Position numbers and translations under genes: made by a program. The notes under the pieces were generated by a model that worked only from the letters and a program-made list of their open reading frames with translations, was not told where the DNA came from and made no database searches. Below are positions 17,971 through 28,157 of a stretch of 64,000 nt of DNA, one piece after another. This DNA is from an uncultured Bacilli bacterium (GTDB lineage Bacteria > Bacillota_I > Bacilli_A > RF39 > UBA660): positions 22,230 through 86,229 of the forward strand of contig CAJTLN010000002.1 of NCBI GenBank assembly GCA_910577505.1, written 5' to 3'. Positions within the stretch are counted from its first letter, which is position 1. Each line of letters opens with the position of its first letter.

Positions 17971-18905
17971 CTATGACGTTTTATTGATTACTGCACTTGC
18001 TTCTTCTGTGAAAGTGTAACTATTTACACTATCATGAATTGTATATACTACTTTATATGTACCACTTGTGTATTCTGGAATAGTATAGATAAAGCGATCT
18101 TTAAATGGTTTTTGTTCTGATAGGGAAGCTGTTTCAATTAGCTCATCATCTTTATATACTTTTATACTTACTTTGAATTGAGGTGTTGTATAAGATGGTG
18201 CGTATTCTCTTCCATAAACTTTTATTATAATTCCTACTACTTTAGGACATGATGGTAGTCTATAATCTATTTCTTCTTTAATACTTATTTGTACTTGAGC
18301 TTTTTTTACTACTCTTAAAGTATATGAGCTTTCAAAGCTTCCATCGATACTTTTAGCTGTGATTATAGTAGTTCCAGTTTCTTTTAACTTTATTTTATTA
18401 TCAGTAGTGATAGTAGCTACATCTTCATTAGAACTTGAGATAGTAAAGTTTTTATTAGTAGCGTTATTAGGTGAAAAGATAGGGGTAATAGGATCTATGG
18501 GATTAGTACTAGAATTATTATTATTATTATTATATTCAACAAAATATTTTTCTTCTGGGAAGGAAATAGATTCAACTTTGATATCTTCAACTATAACGCT
18601 ATTTTCAATATTGTCATTAATTGCTGGGTTACTATTTCTCTCATTATTAGATTGTTCTTGATTTTATTATCCTTACTTTTATTAATTTGAGAATTTTCTA
18701 TAACATCTTCTTTAGGTAAATCTTTGACATTAATGATATCATTTTCTTTATAATTAGATTCTATATTACTTTCTATATTACTTCGTTCTATAGTTGGATT
18801 ATTTTTTTTAGAAAAGGATGTGTCAAATATAGCATTTAATGTTATACCACTTATAGTTATGAATACTAAAGATAATGGGATGATTATTTGTTTTTTATTT
18901 TTCAT
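17971..18905 (-). pseudogene. Frameshifted gene for a signal-anchored surface protein with a Big_2 (bacterial Ig-like) domain
   Basis: The N-terminal 81 codons (MKNKKQIIIPLSLVFITISG...) are in one frame. About 230 further codons (NQEQSNNERNSN...FSPNNATNKNFTISSSNEDVATITTDNKIKLKETGTTIITAKS...INKTS*) are open in the -1 frame and contain no internal ATG/GTG/TTG. The frames join at the T4 (minus-strand A4) run at 18662-18665. Confidence 0.7.
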
Positions 18906-19011
18906 ATTACCAACTCACTTATTATCATAAGTATAATACTGTATAATTTATAATTCAATAGAAAGATAAAACCTATTTTTATGATATAATTATGTTAAGG
19001 AGAGTAAATAA

Positions 19012-20124
19012 ATGAACGTGATAAATATTTTAGAAAGAATAGAAGAGAATGGATTTGAAGCTTATATAGTAGGTGGTTATGTTAGGGACAGTCTTTTAGG
19101 TATAGAAACTGGAGATATAGATGTATGTACTAATGCAAGAGTTAAAGATTTAATGGAAATATTTAATGATTATAAATTATCTAGTAATGAATATGGTGCT
19201 GTTAAAATAGTTACTAATGATTTAAGAATAGATATAACTACTTATAGAAGAGATTTAAAGTATAATGGAGATAGAAAAAAAGTAGAACTTGAATATGTTG
19301 ATAATTTAATTGACGATATAAATAGAAGAGATTTTACAATGAATACATTATGTATGAATAAAGATAGAAATATAATAGATATCTTAGGTGGACAGGAAGA
19401 TATAAAAAATAGAGTTATTAGGTGTGTTGGGAAAATAAATGATCGTATTAATGAAGATCCACTTAGAATGCTTAGAGCTGTTAGATTTGCAACTATATTA
19501 GACTTTAAAATAGAAGATAGGCTATATAAAGAACTAAAAAAGAATAAAGAACTAATTAGTCAGTTATCACGTGAAAGAATTAAAGAAGAATTAACGAAGA
19601 TATTAATAAATAAAAATGCTATAATGGGTTTAACTATGTTAAGAGATTTAGAATTTTTACCTTATATTGGAATTGATTATGATGAATCACTTGTATATGT
19701 TAGTGATATTTGTGGTATGTATAGTCAACTAGAATTAATTTTAGATTTTCCTTTTTCTAAAGAAGAAAGAGAGAATATAAAAATAGTTAAAAATATTTTA
19801 AATTATGGTATTATAGATGAAAAAGTTTTATTTACTCATGGATTATATGTTTCTTTGGTTGCTGGTAGTATTTTAGGAATAGATAAAGAGTATATTACTA
19901 AGTTAGATAAGAAATTACCAATAAGAAGTAGAAAAGATATTGAAGTAAGTAGTAATGAGATATGTGAAATACTTGGTGTTAAACCTGGAAGAGTTATTCA
20001 ATTTGTATATGAAGATTTGATAGATTTAATATTAGGTAATTCTCTTAAAAACGATAATATTTCTATTAGAGAGTATTTGTTTAATAATAGGGAGAAGTGG
20101 TTAAATGAAGGAGCAGTTGTATAA
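19012..20124 (+). CDS. cca: CCA-adding enzyme (tRNA nucleotidyltransferase)
   Basis: Pol-beta nucleotidyltransferase head GGYVRDSLLG..TGDIDV, RRDFTMN and DPLRMLRAVRF. Confidence 0.85.
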   Translation: MNVINILERIEENGFEAYIVGGYVRDSLLGIETGDIDVCTNARVKDLMEIFNDYKLSSNEYGAVKIVTNDLRIDITTYRRDLKYNGDRKKVELEYVDNLIDDINRRDFTMNTLCMNKDRNIIDILGGQEDIKNRVIRCVGKINDRINEDPLRMLRAVRFATILDFKIEDRLYKELKKNKELISQLSRERIKEELTKILINKNAIMGLTMLRDLEFLPYIGIDYDESLVYVSDICGMYSQLELILDFPFSKEERENIKIVKNILNYGIIDEKVLFTHGLYVSLVAGSILGIDKEYITKLDKKLPIRSRKDIEVSSNEICEILGVKPGRVIQFVYEDLIDLILGNSLKNDNISIREYLFNNREKWLNEGAVV

Positions 20125-20764
20125 GTTATTAACTTCTAAGAGGTTAGTAGTAACTGATTATTTGATAAAGATTGCTATTTTAAATAATTTAAGTTTGAAT
20201 GAGTTTTTAGTATTAGCATATTTTGATAATAGTTTTAATAATTCTTTTGAGGTTGAATTGGTTAGTAGTACTTTAGGTTTGGATGTTACTTCAACAATGG
20301 AAGCTTTTAATAGTTTAATGGTTAAAGGATTAGTTAGTTTAGAGAGTGTTAAAGATATAGAGAATAGGTTGAATGAAGTTGTTGTATTAGATGGTGTTTA
20401 TAGTTCTGTTATTGATAATACTATTAGCGAAACTAAGGAAGATGTTAAAGAGGATGTATTTAAAGTTTTTGAACGAGAACTAGGGAGAACAATGTCTTCT
20501 ATGGAACTTGAGCTTATTAATGGATGGTTAATTAGTGGAACACCAGAAGAACTTATTTTAGGAGCTCTTAGAGAGGCAATTTATAATGGTGTGACTAATT
20601 TTAGGTATATTGATAAAATCATTTATGAGTGGGAAAAAAAGGGGTTTAAAACTATGGATGATGTAAATGCTTATATTAAAAATAGAAGAGATGAAAAAAG
20701 TAAGGATAAAGTTATAAGTAAGAAAGAACAAGATATTTTAGATTATGATTGGTTGGATGCTTAA
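20105..20764 (+). CDS. dnaD: DnaD-domain replication initiation / primosome protein
   Basis: C-terminal DnaD/DnaB-2 repeat (ELINGWL...NFRYIDKIIYEWEKKGFKT) and the conserved dnaD-nth arrangement. Confidence 0.7.
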   Translation: MKEQLYKLLTSKRLVVTDYLIKIAILNNLSLNEFLVLAYFDNSFNNSFEVELVSSTLGLDVTSTMEAFNSLMVKGLVSLESVKDIENRLNEVVVLDGVYSSVIDNTISETKEDVKEDVFKVFERELGRTMSSMELELINGWLISGTPEELILGALREAIYNGVTNFRYIDKIIYEWEKKGFKTMDDVNAYIKNRRDEKSKDKVISKKEQDILDYDWLDA

Positions 20765-21393
20765 TGGTTATAGTAGATTTTAATAAAAAATTGGATATGA
20801 TGGTACCAGATGCAAGGTGTGAACTAGAATATAATAGAGATTATGAGTTACTTATTGCAACAGTTTTATCTGCACAATGTACTGATAAAAGAGTTAATGA
20901 AGTAACTAAGGTATTATTTAGTAACTATGATATTTATGGACTTGCTCAAGCTGATAAAAGAGATGTTGAGAGAATTATTAGAAGTTGTGGTTCTCATACT
21001 AAGAAGTCCAGTTATATAATTGAAATAGCTAAATCATTAGTTAATAATTATAATGGAGTAGTTCCTAATAATAGAGAGTATTTAGAGAGCTTACCTGGAG
21101 TGGGAAGAAAGACTGCCAATGTAGTTTTATCTAATTTGTTTAATGTTGCTGCTATAGCAGTAGATACTCATGTTGAAAGAATTAGTAAGAGACTTAAGAT
21201 AGCTCGTAAGAGCGATTCAGTATTAGTTGTAGAAAAAAAATTAATGAAGATGATACCTAAAGATTTATGGAGTAGAAGTCATCATCAAATGGTATTGTTT
21301 GGGAGATATATTTGTAAAGCTCGTGGACCAGAATGTGAAAAGTGTGCTTTTTATAATGATTGTACTAGTAAAGATAAAAAGGCTATTAAATAG
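20764..21393 (+). CDS. nth: Endonuclease III
   Basis: HhH-GPD (LPGVGRKTANVVL), DTHV, and the 4Fe-4S cluster CKARGPECEKCAFYNDC. ATG 20764 is preferred over the upstream TTG. Confidence 0.92.
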   Translation: MVIVDFNKKLDMMVPDARCELEYNRDYELLIATVLSAQCTDKRVNEVTKVLFSNYDIYGLAQADKRDVERIIRSCGSHTKKSSYIIEIAKSLVNNYNGVVPNNREYLESLPGVGRKTANVVLSNLFNVAAIAVDTHVERISKRLKIARKSDSVLVVEKKLMKMIPKDLWSRSHHQMVLFGRYICKARGPECEKCAFYNDCTSKDKKAIK

Positions 21394-21440
21394 TCTTTTT
21401 TTTATCTTAATTAATTTATTAATTTCGTTTTTTCTGCAAT

Positions 21441-21468
21441 ATAAAAAGAGTAAGAATTTCTTACTCTT
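21441..21468 (-). terminator. Rho-independent terminator of ponA
   Basis: Stem AAGAGTAAGAA/TTCTTACTCTT followed (on the minus strand) by a T-run; overlaps the ponA stop. Confidence 0.65.
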
Positions 21469-24169
21469 CAGTTTCATCATCTGGTGGAACTGGAATATCA
21501 GGTGTTTCAGGTACGTTACCTTCTATATCAACACTTATATTTAGTCCAGAACTCATATTAGCTTTAAAAATACTATATGCAGATTTTATTACAAAGTCGT
21601 ATGTTCCATTTGATGTTGCATTATAGACGAAATATGGATTTGATGTATATCCAATACTTTGTAATCCATCATCTGTTTTTAAATATATTTGATAGCCGAC
21701 GTTTCCAATATAGTTATTATTATAAGTATTTCTTTTTTCTAAATACATGTCAGCAAATTGACCATAATTATCTGCAAAATATTTTTTTAAATATGTTGAA
21801 CTAATTGCATCAGGAGTTGCAATTTCGTCCCAGCTAAGAGTGATTTGGTTTCCATTTACGTCTGCGCTACCATTTGATGGATTACGTAATTGACTAAATC
21901 TCTCCGATACCTCACTTGGCTCAGTCCCCTTCTTAAAAAGCTCTTTTGATATTAGATCAGCAGGTGTATAGTCAGAAGGCAATTGCGCATAATTTGTTTC
22001 TAACTCATAATTTGCTGATACAACTCCAGCAGGTCTTGTAAATTTTGAATTTTTCTTGTAGATATTATTTGCTAGTATTGCAGATATTTTCTTTCTTTCA
22101 ATAGCAGCATCAATTGCATTAGTATATGTTTTATTACTTATAACTTTATCAATTCCATACCAGAATGATATTACGTAATCAGGAGAGTAGGTAATAACCC
22201 AGTTATCCATTGAGGCTGAATCTGGTATTCCCATTCTTCTCATGTATGATGTATCATATGTTGATGTTCCAGTCTTTGAAGCAACTTGTGTTCCAGATAC
22301 GTTGATATTTCCACCAACACCTTGTTGAGTGGCTGTAATTAACATATCTGTTATCATATAAGCTGTTGCTTCACTCATTGCTTGAATTTTTTCTGGTTTA
22401 TATTCTGTAACTTTTCCAGTTTCTTTATATATTATTTTTGTATAAGTATAAGGTTCTATGTAATATCCTCCACGAGCAAATGTACCATAAGCCGCAGCCA
22501 TTTCTTTTGGACTCAAGTCGATACCACCACCGATTGCATATGCTTCGTAAAGATTACAATCTGTTGGAGGTTGATCTTTACCATTACGATATTGGCAATA
22601 GTCTATACCTAAATTATGAACAAATTCTGATATTTTGTTTTTATCAACGGCTTGGAAAGCTTGAACAGCAGGAATGTTTCTTGATTTAGCAAGAGCTTGT
22701 CTCATTGTCATGGCTCCCATATAAGAATTATCTGAGTTTGTTAATTCTTGTCCATTTGAATATGTCATTTTATTATCAAAGAATAATGTTCCAGTATTTC
22801 CGTTATTGTATTCAATGTATGGTCCATATGCAAAAATTGGTTTTGCTGTTGAACCTGGGTTTCTATACATATCAACACCACGGTTTAATGCTCTTTGAGT
22901 TGTTTGATGACGGCCACCATTTACGGCAGCAATTGAGCCATCGTGAACATCAGTTATAACAGCTCCTATTTGAATTATATCTTGATAGTCATTATATTTA
23001 TATGTTTTCCATTTATATCCTAGATTTCCTTCATTTAATTCTGTCATATATTGTTGAATTTCAGGGTCTAGAGTAGTGAATATTTCCATTGATGTTGTAT
23101 AAGGATTAAATCCAGTTTTTTCAATTACTTCATCTATAACAATATCAAGGAATTGTTGATATTTATTTAGAGTCTCAACTTTTTGATCAGCAAGTAATGA
23201 TTCGACAGGAATTGCTTTAGCGTCTTCTGCTTGAGCTTCAGTTATGTAGCCATGTCTTACCATTAGATTTAGAACAATAGCTCTTCTGTTAGAAGCTCTT
23301 TCAGGATATTTATATGGATTGTAGTAAGATGGTCCATTGAATAGTCCAACTAATAGAGCAGATTCAGTTAGTGATAAGTCACTAATTGATTTCCCAAAAT
23401 ATGTTTGAGCTGCTTGTTCAACACCATAAGCACTTTGTCCTAAGTCTTGTGAGTTAGCATAGAATTCAATGATTTCTTCTTTAGTATAATTTTTTTCAAT
23501 TAAGAATATTGACATATAAATATCAGTAAATTTACGTATTATACCTTTAACACCACTAGATGCTACAACACCATTTTGTTTACTAAATGTATTTTTTGCA
23601 ACTTGCATTGTTAGAGTAGAAGCTCCACCAGCACTACTGTTACCTGCTAGTTGACCAAGTGATGCTTTTATGAAACGGATAACATCAAATCCATTATGTT
23701 GGAAGAATCTTGAATCTTCAGTAGCAACTAAGGCATCAACAAATGTTTGTGGAAGGTCTTCGTATGTTTTTAATTCTCTTTGTTCAGTTCCAACACGAGC
23801 AAATTCGTTTCCGTTTTTATCGTAAAGTACAGATGCTTCTCTAGAATATAATTTATCAGTTTCAAATGGTGGGGCTGATATTACAATATAAGCACAGAAA
23901 GCAATGATTAAAACCATTATACCGATACCTAAAATCATTAGCAATGATAGAATAGCATTTAAAACTTTTCCATTACTTTTTTTCTTTTTTCTTGGTTTAT
24001 TAGTTTTTTCAATTCCAACAGTTTTAGTAGTTAAAGGTTTAGCTTTTAACTTAACTTCATTTGGTTCCTTTTTTTGTATCACTTTAGTTTCTTTTTTAAT
24101 CGTAATAGCTTTTTTATTACTGCTAGTTTTTTTATTTTTATCTTGAGTAACAATATTATTCTTAGCCAT
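21461..24169 (-). CDS. ponA: Class A penicillin-binding protein (glycosyltransferase plus transpeptidase), PBP1
   Basis: GT51 motifs EDSRFFQHNGFD and RKF...; transpeptidase STAKP and KTGT; K-rich cytoplasmic tail plus TM helix. The ATG at 24169 lies 8 nt after GGAGAG, and that SD overlaps the recU stop codon. Confidence 0.92.
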   Translation of the reverse strand: MAKNNIVTQDKNKKTSSNKKAITIKKETKVIQKKEPNEVKLKAKPLTTKTVGIEKTNKPRKKKKSNGKVLNAILSLLMILGIGIMVLIIAFCAYIVISAPPFETDKLYSREASVLYDKNGNEFARVGTEQRELKTYEDLPQTFVDALVATEDSRFFQHNGFDVIRFIKASLGQLAGNSSAGGASTLTMQVAKNTFSKQNGVVASSGVKGIIRKFTDIYMSIFLIEKNYTKEEIIEFYANSQDLGQSAYGVEQAAQTYFGKSISDLSLTESALLVGLFNGPSYYNPYKYPERASNRRAIVLNLMVRHGYITEAQAEDAKAIPVESLLADQKVETLNKYQQFLDIVIDEVIEKTGFNPYTTSMEIFTTLDPEIQQYMTELNEGNLGYKWKTYKYNDYQDIIQIGAVITDVHDGSIAAVNGGRHQTTQRALNRGVDMYRNPGSTAKPIFAYGPYIEYNNGNTGTLFFDNKMTYSNGQELTNSDNSYMGAMTMRQALAKSRNIPAVQAFQAVDKNKISEFVHNLGIDYCQYRNGKDQPPTDCNLYEAYAIGGGIDLSPKEMAAAYGTFARGGYYIEPYTYTKIIYKETGKVTEYKPEKIQAMSEATAYMITDMLITATQQGVGGNINVSGTQVASKTGTSTYDTSYMRRMGIPDSASMDNWVITYSPDYVISFWYGIDKVISNKTYTNAIDAAIERKKISAILANNIYKKNSKFTRPAGVVSANYELETNYAQLPSDYTPADLISKELFKKGTEPSEVSERFSQLRNPSNGSADVNGNQITLSWDEIATPDAISSTYLKKYFADNYGQFADMYLEKRNTYNNNYIGNVGYQIYLKTDDGLQSIGYTSNPYFVYNATSNGTYDFVIKSAYSIFKANMSSGLNISVDIEGNVPETPDIPVPPDDETEE

Positions 24170-24173
24170 TTTT

Positions 24174-24746
24174 TTACTCTCCTTTAAAATATACTTTATC
24201 AACTACATTTAGATAGTCTAATTGGGGTTGATATGTTTCTTTGACAATATGAGCATTCTCTTTAATATAATCATAACTTATAGATTTACGTGTTTCATTG
24301 TCAATATAAGATATGTAATCTTCACCAGTTAGCAAATAAGTAATGTTATTCATTCTAATTATTAGAAAGACTATTCCTCCATGTTTAATAACATTTCTTA
24401 TTTGTTTTGTTTGATGTTCATGAATATTAGATAAAGGAAAAGATGTTTTATTTAATGTTTCTTTAGCATCAAATTCAATATATTTTCCACGATATAAACC
24501 ATTATAATCTAAAGTAGATTGCTCTTTGAAATATGCTTTTTCAATAGTCTTTTTATGATTTTTATAAGACACATCAACAACTCCTATAGGTGTTGGTTTC
24601 TTATAAATTAAGGCGATATCTTTTTTTAGATAGTATTCATTACTATTATTAAGTGATGCTTCTAGATTCATTCCTCTGTTACTATGAGAAACACTTAATT
24701 TAGTAAATTCTTTTTTTATGTTATTAGGATACTGCATCAGAATCAC
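24174..24746 (-). CDS. recU: Holliday-junction resolvase RecU
   Basis: RecU family sequence (NRGMNLE..., IEFDAKET) in the conserved recU-ponA operon. Confidence 0.9.
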   Translation of the reverse strand: MILMQYPNNIKKEFTKLSVSHSNRGMNLEASLNNSNEYYLKKDIALIYKKPTPIGVVDVSYKNHKKTIEKAYFKEQSTLDYNGLYRGKYIEFDAKETLNKTSFPLSNIHEHQTKQIRNVIKHGGIVFLIIRMNNITYLLTGEDYISYIDNETRKSISYDYIKENAHIVKETYQPQLDYLNVVDKVYFKGE

Positions 24747-24965
24747 CTTAATTAATTATACTATATAATGAAAAGAAAATATAGTCTTTAAGTTCTTGTT
24801 TACATTACAGCTTTTTTCTAATTTTGTCTAATTTAATGAAAAAAATAATAATATAATATATGATGATTTTAGGAGGAATAATTATGAGAGTAGAATTTTT
24901 TATTCAAGATATGATAGAGATGGTTGACTCAGTTAAAAGGGAACTTACTGCTCTTTCTTGCAACC

Positions 24966-24995
24966 TTGACAAATAGTGGTATATCGATATATAAT
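24966..24995 (+). promoter_or_regulatory. Sigma-A-type promoter upstream of gpsB
   Basis: TTGACA (24966-24971), 18-nt spacer, TATAAT (24990-24995). Confidence 0.55.
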
Positions 24996-25021
24996 TCTTT
25001 TATAAGAAGGGTGATTTGTTT

Positions 25022-25354
25022 ATGTATAATGATAAAGTTGTACTTACTCCACAAGAAATTCTGGATAAGGAATTTAAAATTGATGCTAGAGGCTATAGAC
25101 CACAAGAGGTTGATAAATTTTTAGACCTTGTAATCAATGATTATAATGAATTTATCATTGAGATAAAGAAATTAAAAAAAGAAGTAACAATACTTAATGA
25201 TGAAAATGGTAAGTTAAAAAATGAACTTCGTCGTATTAAAGCTAATATTGAAGCAGCTGAGGGATCTGCTTCAAATAGTTCAGTTAGTAATGTAGACCTT
25301 CTTAGAAGACTAAGTCAACTTGAAAAAGTTGTCTATGGTAAAAACGAAGAATAA
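25022..25354 (+). CDS. gpsB: Cell-cycle protein GpsB (DivIVA-domain)
   Basis: LTPQEILDKEFKIDARGYRPQEVDKFLDLVINDY matches the DivIVA/GpsB N-domain, and the gene is divergent from recU-ponA as in Bacillus. AAGGGTGA precedes ATG 25022. Confidence 0.88.
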   Translation: MYNDKVVLTPQEILDKEFKIDARGYRPQEVDKFLDLVINDYNEFIIEIKKLKKEVTILNDENGKLKNELRRIKANIEAAEGSASNSSVSNVDLLRRLSQLEKVVYGKNEE

Positions 25355-25359
25355 TATAA

Positions 25360-25710
25360 TTTTAAATTTTAAGGCAAATGCTATATATTTTATGTAGAGG
25401 AAAGTCCAAGCTCACACAATCTGTGATGATTGTAGTGTTTGTGCTAAGGGAAAAAATAACCTTAGGTAGTACTTTGTACTAACGGCTTCGAAATAGTCCC
25501 TATGGGATTAAATTAGATATAAAAGTGCCAAAGAGACGAGTCTAGAGAGTAATCTTTAGAGTGGAACGTGGTAAACCCCGCAAGTGAGAAACTCAAATTT
25601 TGGTAGAGGAGTCTTTGCTAGGAATCAAGAACGATGCAAAGGACCTACTTTGTAGGTAGATAAATATTTGCCACCCGAAAGGGTACAGAACGTGGCTTAT
25701 TAAAATTTTT
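25360..25710 (+). ncRNA. rnpB: RNase P RNA (type B), ends approximate to about 10 nt
   Basis: GAGGAAAGTCC (25397-25407). AGTGGAACGTGGTAAACCCCGCAAGTGAGAAACTCAAATTTTGGTAGAGGAG closely matches the B. subtilis P RNA core, and ACAGAACGTGGCTTA is at the 3' side. P1 pairing AAATTTTAA/TTAAAATTT. Same position (after gpsB) as in B. subtilis. Confidence 0.9.
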
Positions 25711-25748
25711 TATTTTTTTATTATTCAATAGAAAAGGAGTGAATAATC

Positions 25749-26228
25749 TTGAATGAGATTGGCGAGCTCTTGCGTACAACACGTGAAGAGTCAGGCGTAA
25801 GCTTAGAAGAAGCCAGTGGTGATTTAGAGATTAAGACGCTAATATTAGAAAATATCGAAGATGGAAACATTGGATGTTTTAAAGATATCTTTGTACTTAA
25901 AGATTATATATATGATTATGCTAAGTACTTAGGGTTAGAACCTGAAAAAATAATTGATGAATTTAATGAGTATCTATTTGAATATACTTCAAAGATACCA
26001 CTAGAAGATATCGAAAAAGCAATGAAAGAACAAAAAAAAGAAGAGATACAAACAGAAAAAATAGTATCTCCATACACTAATTCAACAAAGAAATCTGCTA
26101 ATAAATTAGTTTTGATTTTATTAATTGCTTTAGCTGTTTTAGTTGTACTGGTAGTATTGTGGTCAATTAAACAAATAACAGTAAACAATATGACTACAAA
26201 TATGATTAGCTATGTTAATAGTAGATAA
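25749..26228 (+). CDS. rodZ: XRE-type HTH membrane protein, RodZ-like (short form)
   Basis: N-terminal HTH (IGELLRTTREESGVSLEEASGDLEIK), one TM helix (LVLILLIALAVLVVLVVLW), and a position upstream of pgsA-recA as for B. subtilis ymfM/rodZ. TTG start after GGAG. Confidence 0.6.
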   Translation: MNEIGELLRTTREESGVSLEEASGDLEIKTLILENIEDGNIGCFKDIFVLKDYIYDYAKYLGLEPEKIIDEFNEYLFEYTSKIPLEDIEKAMKEQKKEEIQTEKIVSPYTNSTKKSANKLVLILLIALAVLVVLVVLWSIKQITVNNMTTNMISYVNSR

Positions 26229-26239
26229 GGTTGTGTATT

Positions 26240-26872
26240 ATGGAAAAGAAAAATGAAAAGAAAAAGAGTATGAATTTACCTAATAAAATTACTTGTGTAA
26301 GACTTGTTATGTCTGCAATTGTATTAATTGTTTTATGTATGCCATGGAGTTCTATTGGAGTAGAGTTCCCTGTGTATAATGTTTTTGGAGTAGAAAATGT
26401 TGATTTGAAATACATTATATGTGGTGTATTATTTATGATAGGATCTGTAACTGATTTCTTAGATGGATATATTGCAAGAAAATATAATTTAGTTACTGAT
26501 TTTGGTAAAGTAATGGATGCTATTGCTGATAAAGTATTAGTTAATGGTGTATTAATTATTTTAGCTTATGATAAGTTTATTCCTTTAATAGTTCCAGTTA
26601 TTATAATTACAAGAGATATAGTAGTTGATTCTATTAAAATGGCTTCTGGTAGCAAAGGAAAGGTTGTTGCTGCTTCTTGGCCAGGTAAAATTAAAACAAT
26701 TTGTATGATGATCGGTGTTACATTAGTATTCTTCTATAATATGCCTTTTGCTTTTATAGGTAAGGGAATAAGAATAGATTATCTATTTGTGTATATTGCT
26801 ACTATTATGAGTGTAGTATCTGCTTGTCAGTATTATTTAGCAAATAAAGATTTTATATTTACAGAAATGTAA
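26240..26872 (+). CDS. pgsA: CDP-diacylglycerol--glycerol-3-phosphate 3-phosphatidyltransferase
   Basis: CDP-alcohol phosphatidyltransferase motif DFLDGYIARKYNLVTDFGKVMDAIADK. The TTG at 26231 is an alternative start. Confidence 0.88.
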   Translation: MEKKNEKKKSMNLPNKITCVRLVMSAIVLIVLCMPWSSIGVEFPVYNVFGVENVDLKYIICGVLFMIGSVTDFLDGYIARKYNLVTDFGKVMDAIADKVLVNGVLIILAYDKFIPLIVPVIIITRDIVVDSIKMASGSKGKVVAASWPGKIKTICMMIGVTLVFFYNMPFAFIGKGIRIDYLFVYIATIMSVVSACQYYLANKDFIFTEM

Positions 26873-26935
26873 AAAATAAGAGTTTCAATTGATAATTACG
26901 TTGAAATTCTTTTTTTATGCAAGAAAAGGGTGATA

Positions 26936-26949
26936 AAAACAAATGTTCG
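26936..26949 (+). promoter_or_regulatory. Degenerate LexA (Cheo) box upstream of recA
   Basis: AAAAC-AAAT-GTTCG versus consensus CGAAC-N4-GTTCG (8 of 10 defined positions), 8 nt upstream of the -35. Confidence 0.35.
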
Positions 26950-26957
26950 AAAAAGTG

Positions 26958-26985
26958 TTGACAAATATGTTTGAAATATTATAAA
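26958..26985 (+). promoter_or_regulatory. Sigma-A-type recA promoter
   Basis: TTGACA (26958-26963), 16-nt spacer, TATAAA (26980-26985). Confidence 0.55.
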
Positions 26986-27021
26986 ATGAAGATGTCATTA
27001 AAAATGTGGGAGGAAATATTA

Positions 27022-28098
27022 ATGAAAACAGTTAAAGAACAAGATAAAGCTTTGGAACAGGTTTTAGCAGATATTGAAAAACAATTTGGTAAAGGGTCAA
27101 TAATGAAACTTGGTTCTGATGTACATTTAAATATTGAGGCAACTTCTTCAGGATCAATAGCACTTGATGTGGCTTTAGGCGTTGGAGGTTATCCTAAAGG
27201 AAGAATTGTAGAAATATATGGCCCAGAATCGAGTGGTAAAACAACATTTGCATTACATGCAATAGCTGAAGTACAAAAAAAAGGTGGAAGAGCAGCGTTT
27301 ATTGATGCAGAACATGCTTTAGATCCAGTTTATGCACAGAATTTAGGCGTTAATTTAGATGAATTGTTACTTTCTCAACCTGATACAGGAGAGCAAGCAT
27401 TAGATATATGTGAAGCTTTAGTTAGAAGTGAAATAATAGATTTAGTTGTAATAGATTCAGTAGCAGCATTAGTACCACAAGCTGAAATTGAAGGTGAAAT
27501 GGGAGATGCACATGTAGGTTTACAGGCAAGATTAATGTCACAAGCATTACGTAAGTTATCTGGAACCCTTAATAAAACTAAAACAACTGCAATATTTATT
27601 AACCAATTACGTGAAAAAGTTGGTGTTATGTTTGGTAATCCAGAAACTACACCTGGTGGTAGAGCATTGAAATTCTATTCATCAATTAGACTTGAAGTAA
27701 GAAGAGCTGAGCAAATTAAGCAAGGCGATAAAGTTATTGGTAATAAAACTAATGTTAAAGTTGTTAAGAATAAAGTTGCTCCACCATTTAGAACTGCAAC
27801 ATTAGATATAATGTATGGTGAAGGTGTTTCAAGAGAGGGAGAAATTGTTGATTTAGCAACTGAAATTGGAGTACTAGAAAAGAGTGGTGCTTGGTATTCA
27901 TATAATGGAGAAAAGGTTGGTCAAGGTAAGGAAAATGTTAAGGCATTACTTAAAGATACTCCAGAGTTAAAAGAAGAACTTGAATATATGATACGTGAAC
28001 ATTATGATATTCTTAATGGAATGAAGAAGCCAAAAGTTTCAAAAAAGAATGAAGTTAAAATAAATCCAGAAACTGGTGAGGTATTAGAAGAAGAGTAA
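27022..28098 (+). CDS. recA: Recombinase RecA
   Basis: GPESSGKTT Walker [36 protein letters not shown] precedes ATG 27022; the longest-ORF start at 26971 is an artefactual extension. Confidence 0.98.
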   Translation: MKTVKEQDKALEQVLADIEKQFGKGSIMKLGSDVHLNIEATSSGSIALDVALGVGGYPKGRIVEIYGPESSGKTTFALHAIAEVQKKGGRAAFIDAEHALDPVYAQNLGVNLDELLLSQPDTGEQALDICEALVRSEIIDLVVIDSVAALVPQAEIEGEMGDAHVGLQARLMSQALRKLSGTLNKTKTTAIFINQLREKVGVMFGNPETTPGGRALKFYSSIRLEVRRAEQIKQGDKVIGNKTNVKVVKNKVAPPFRTATLDIMYGEGVSREGEIVDLATEIGVLEKSGAWYSYNGEKVGQGKENVKALLKDTPELKEELEYMIREHYDILNGMKKPKVSKKNEVKINPETGEVLEEE

Positions 28099-28157
28099 TA
28101 AGTTTACTTTTCTTTTTTTTGTTGTATAATAAATACTTGAATTTAGGGGGGATTTAC

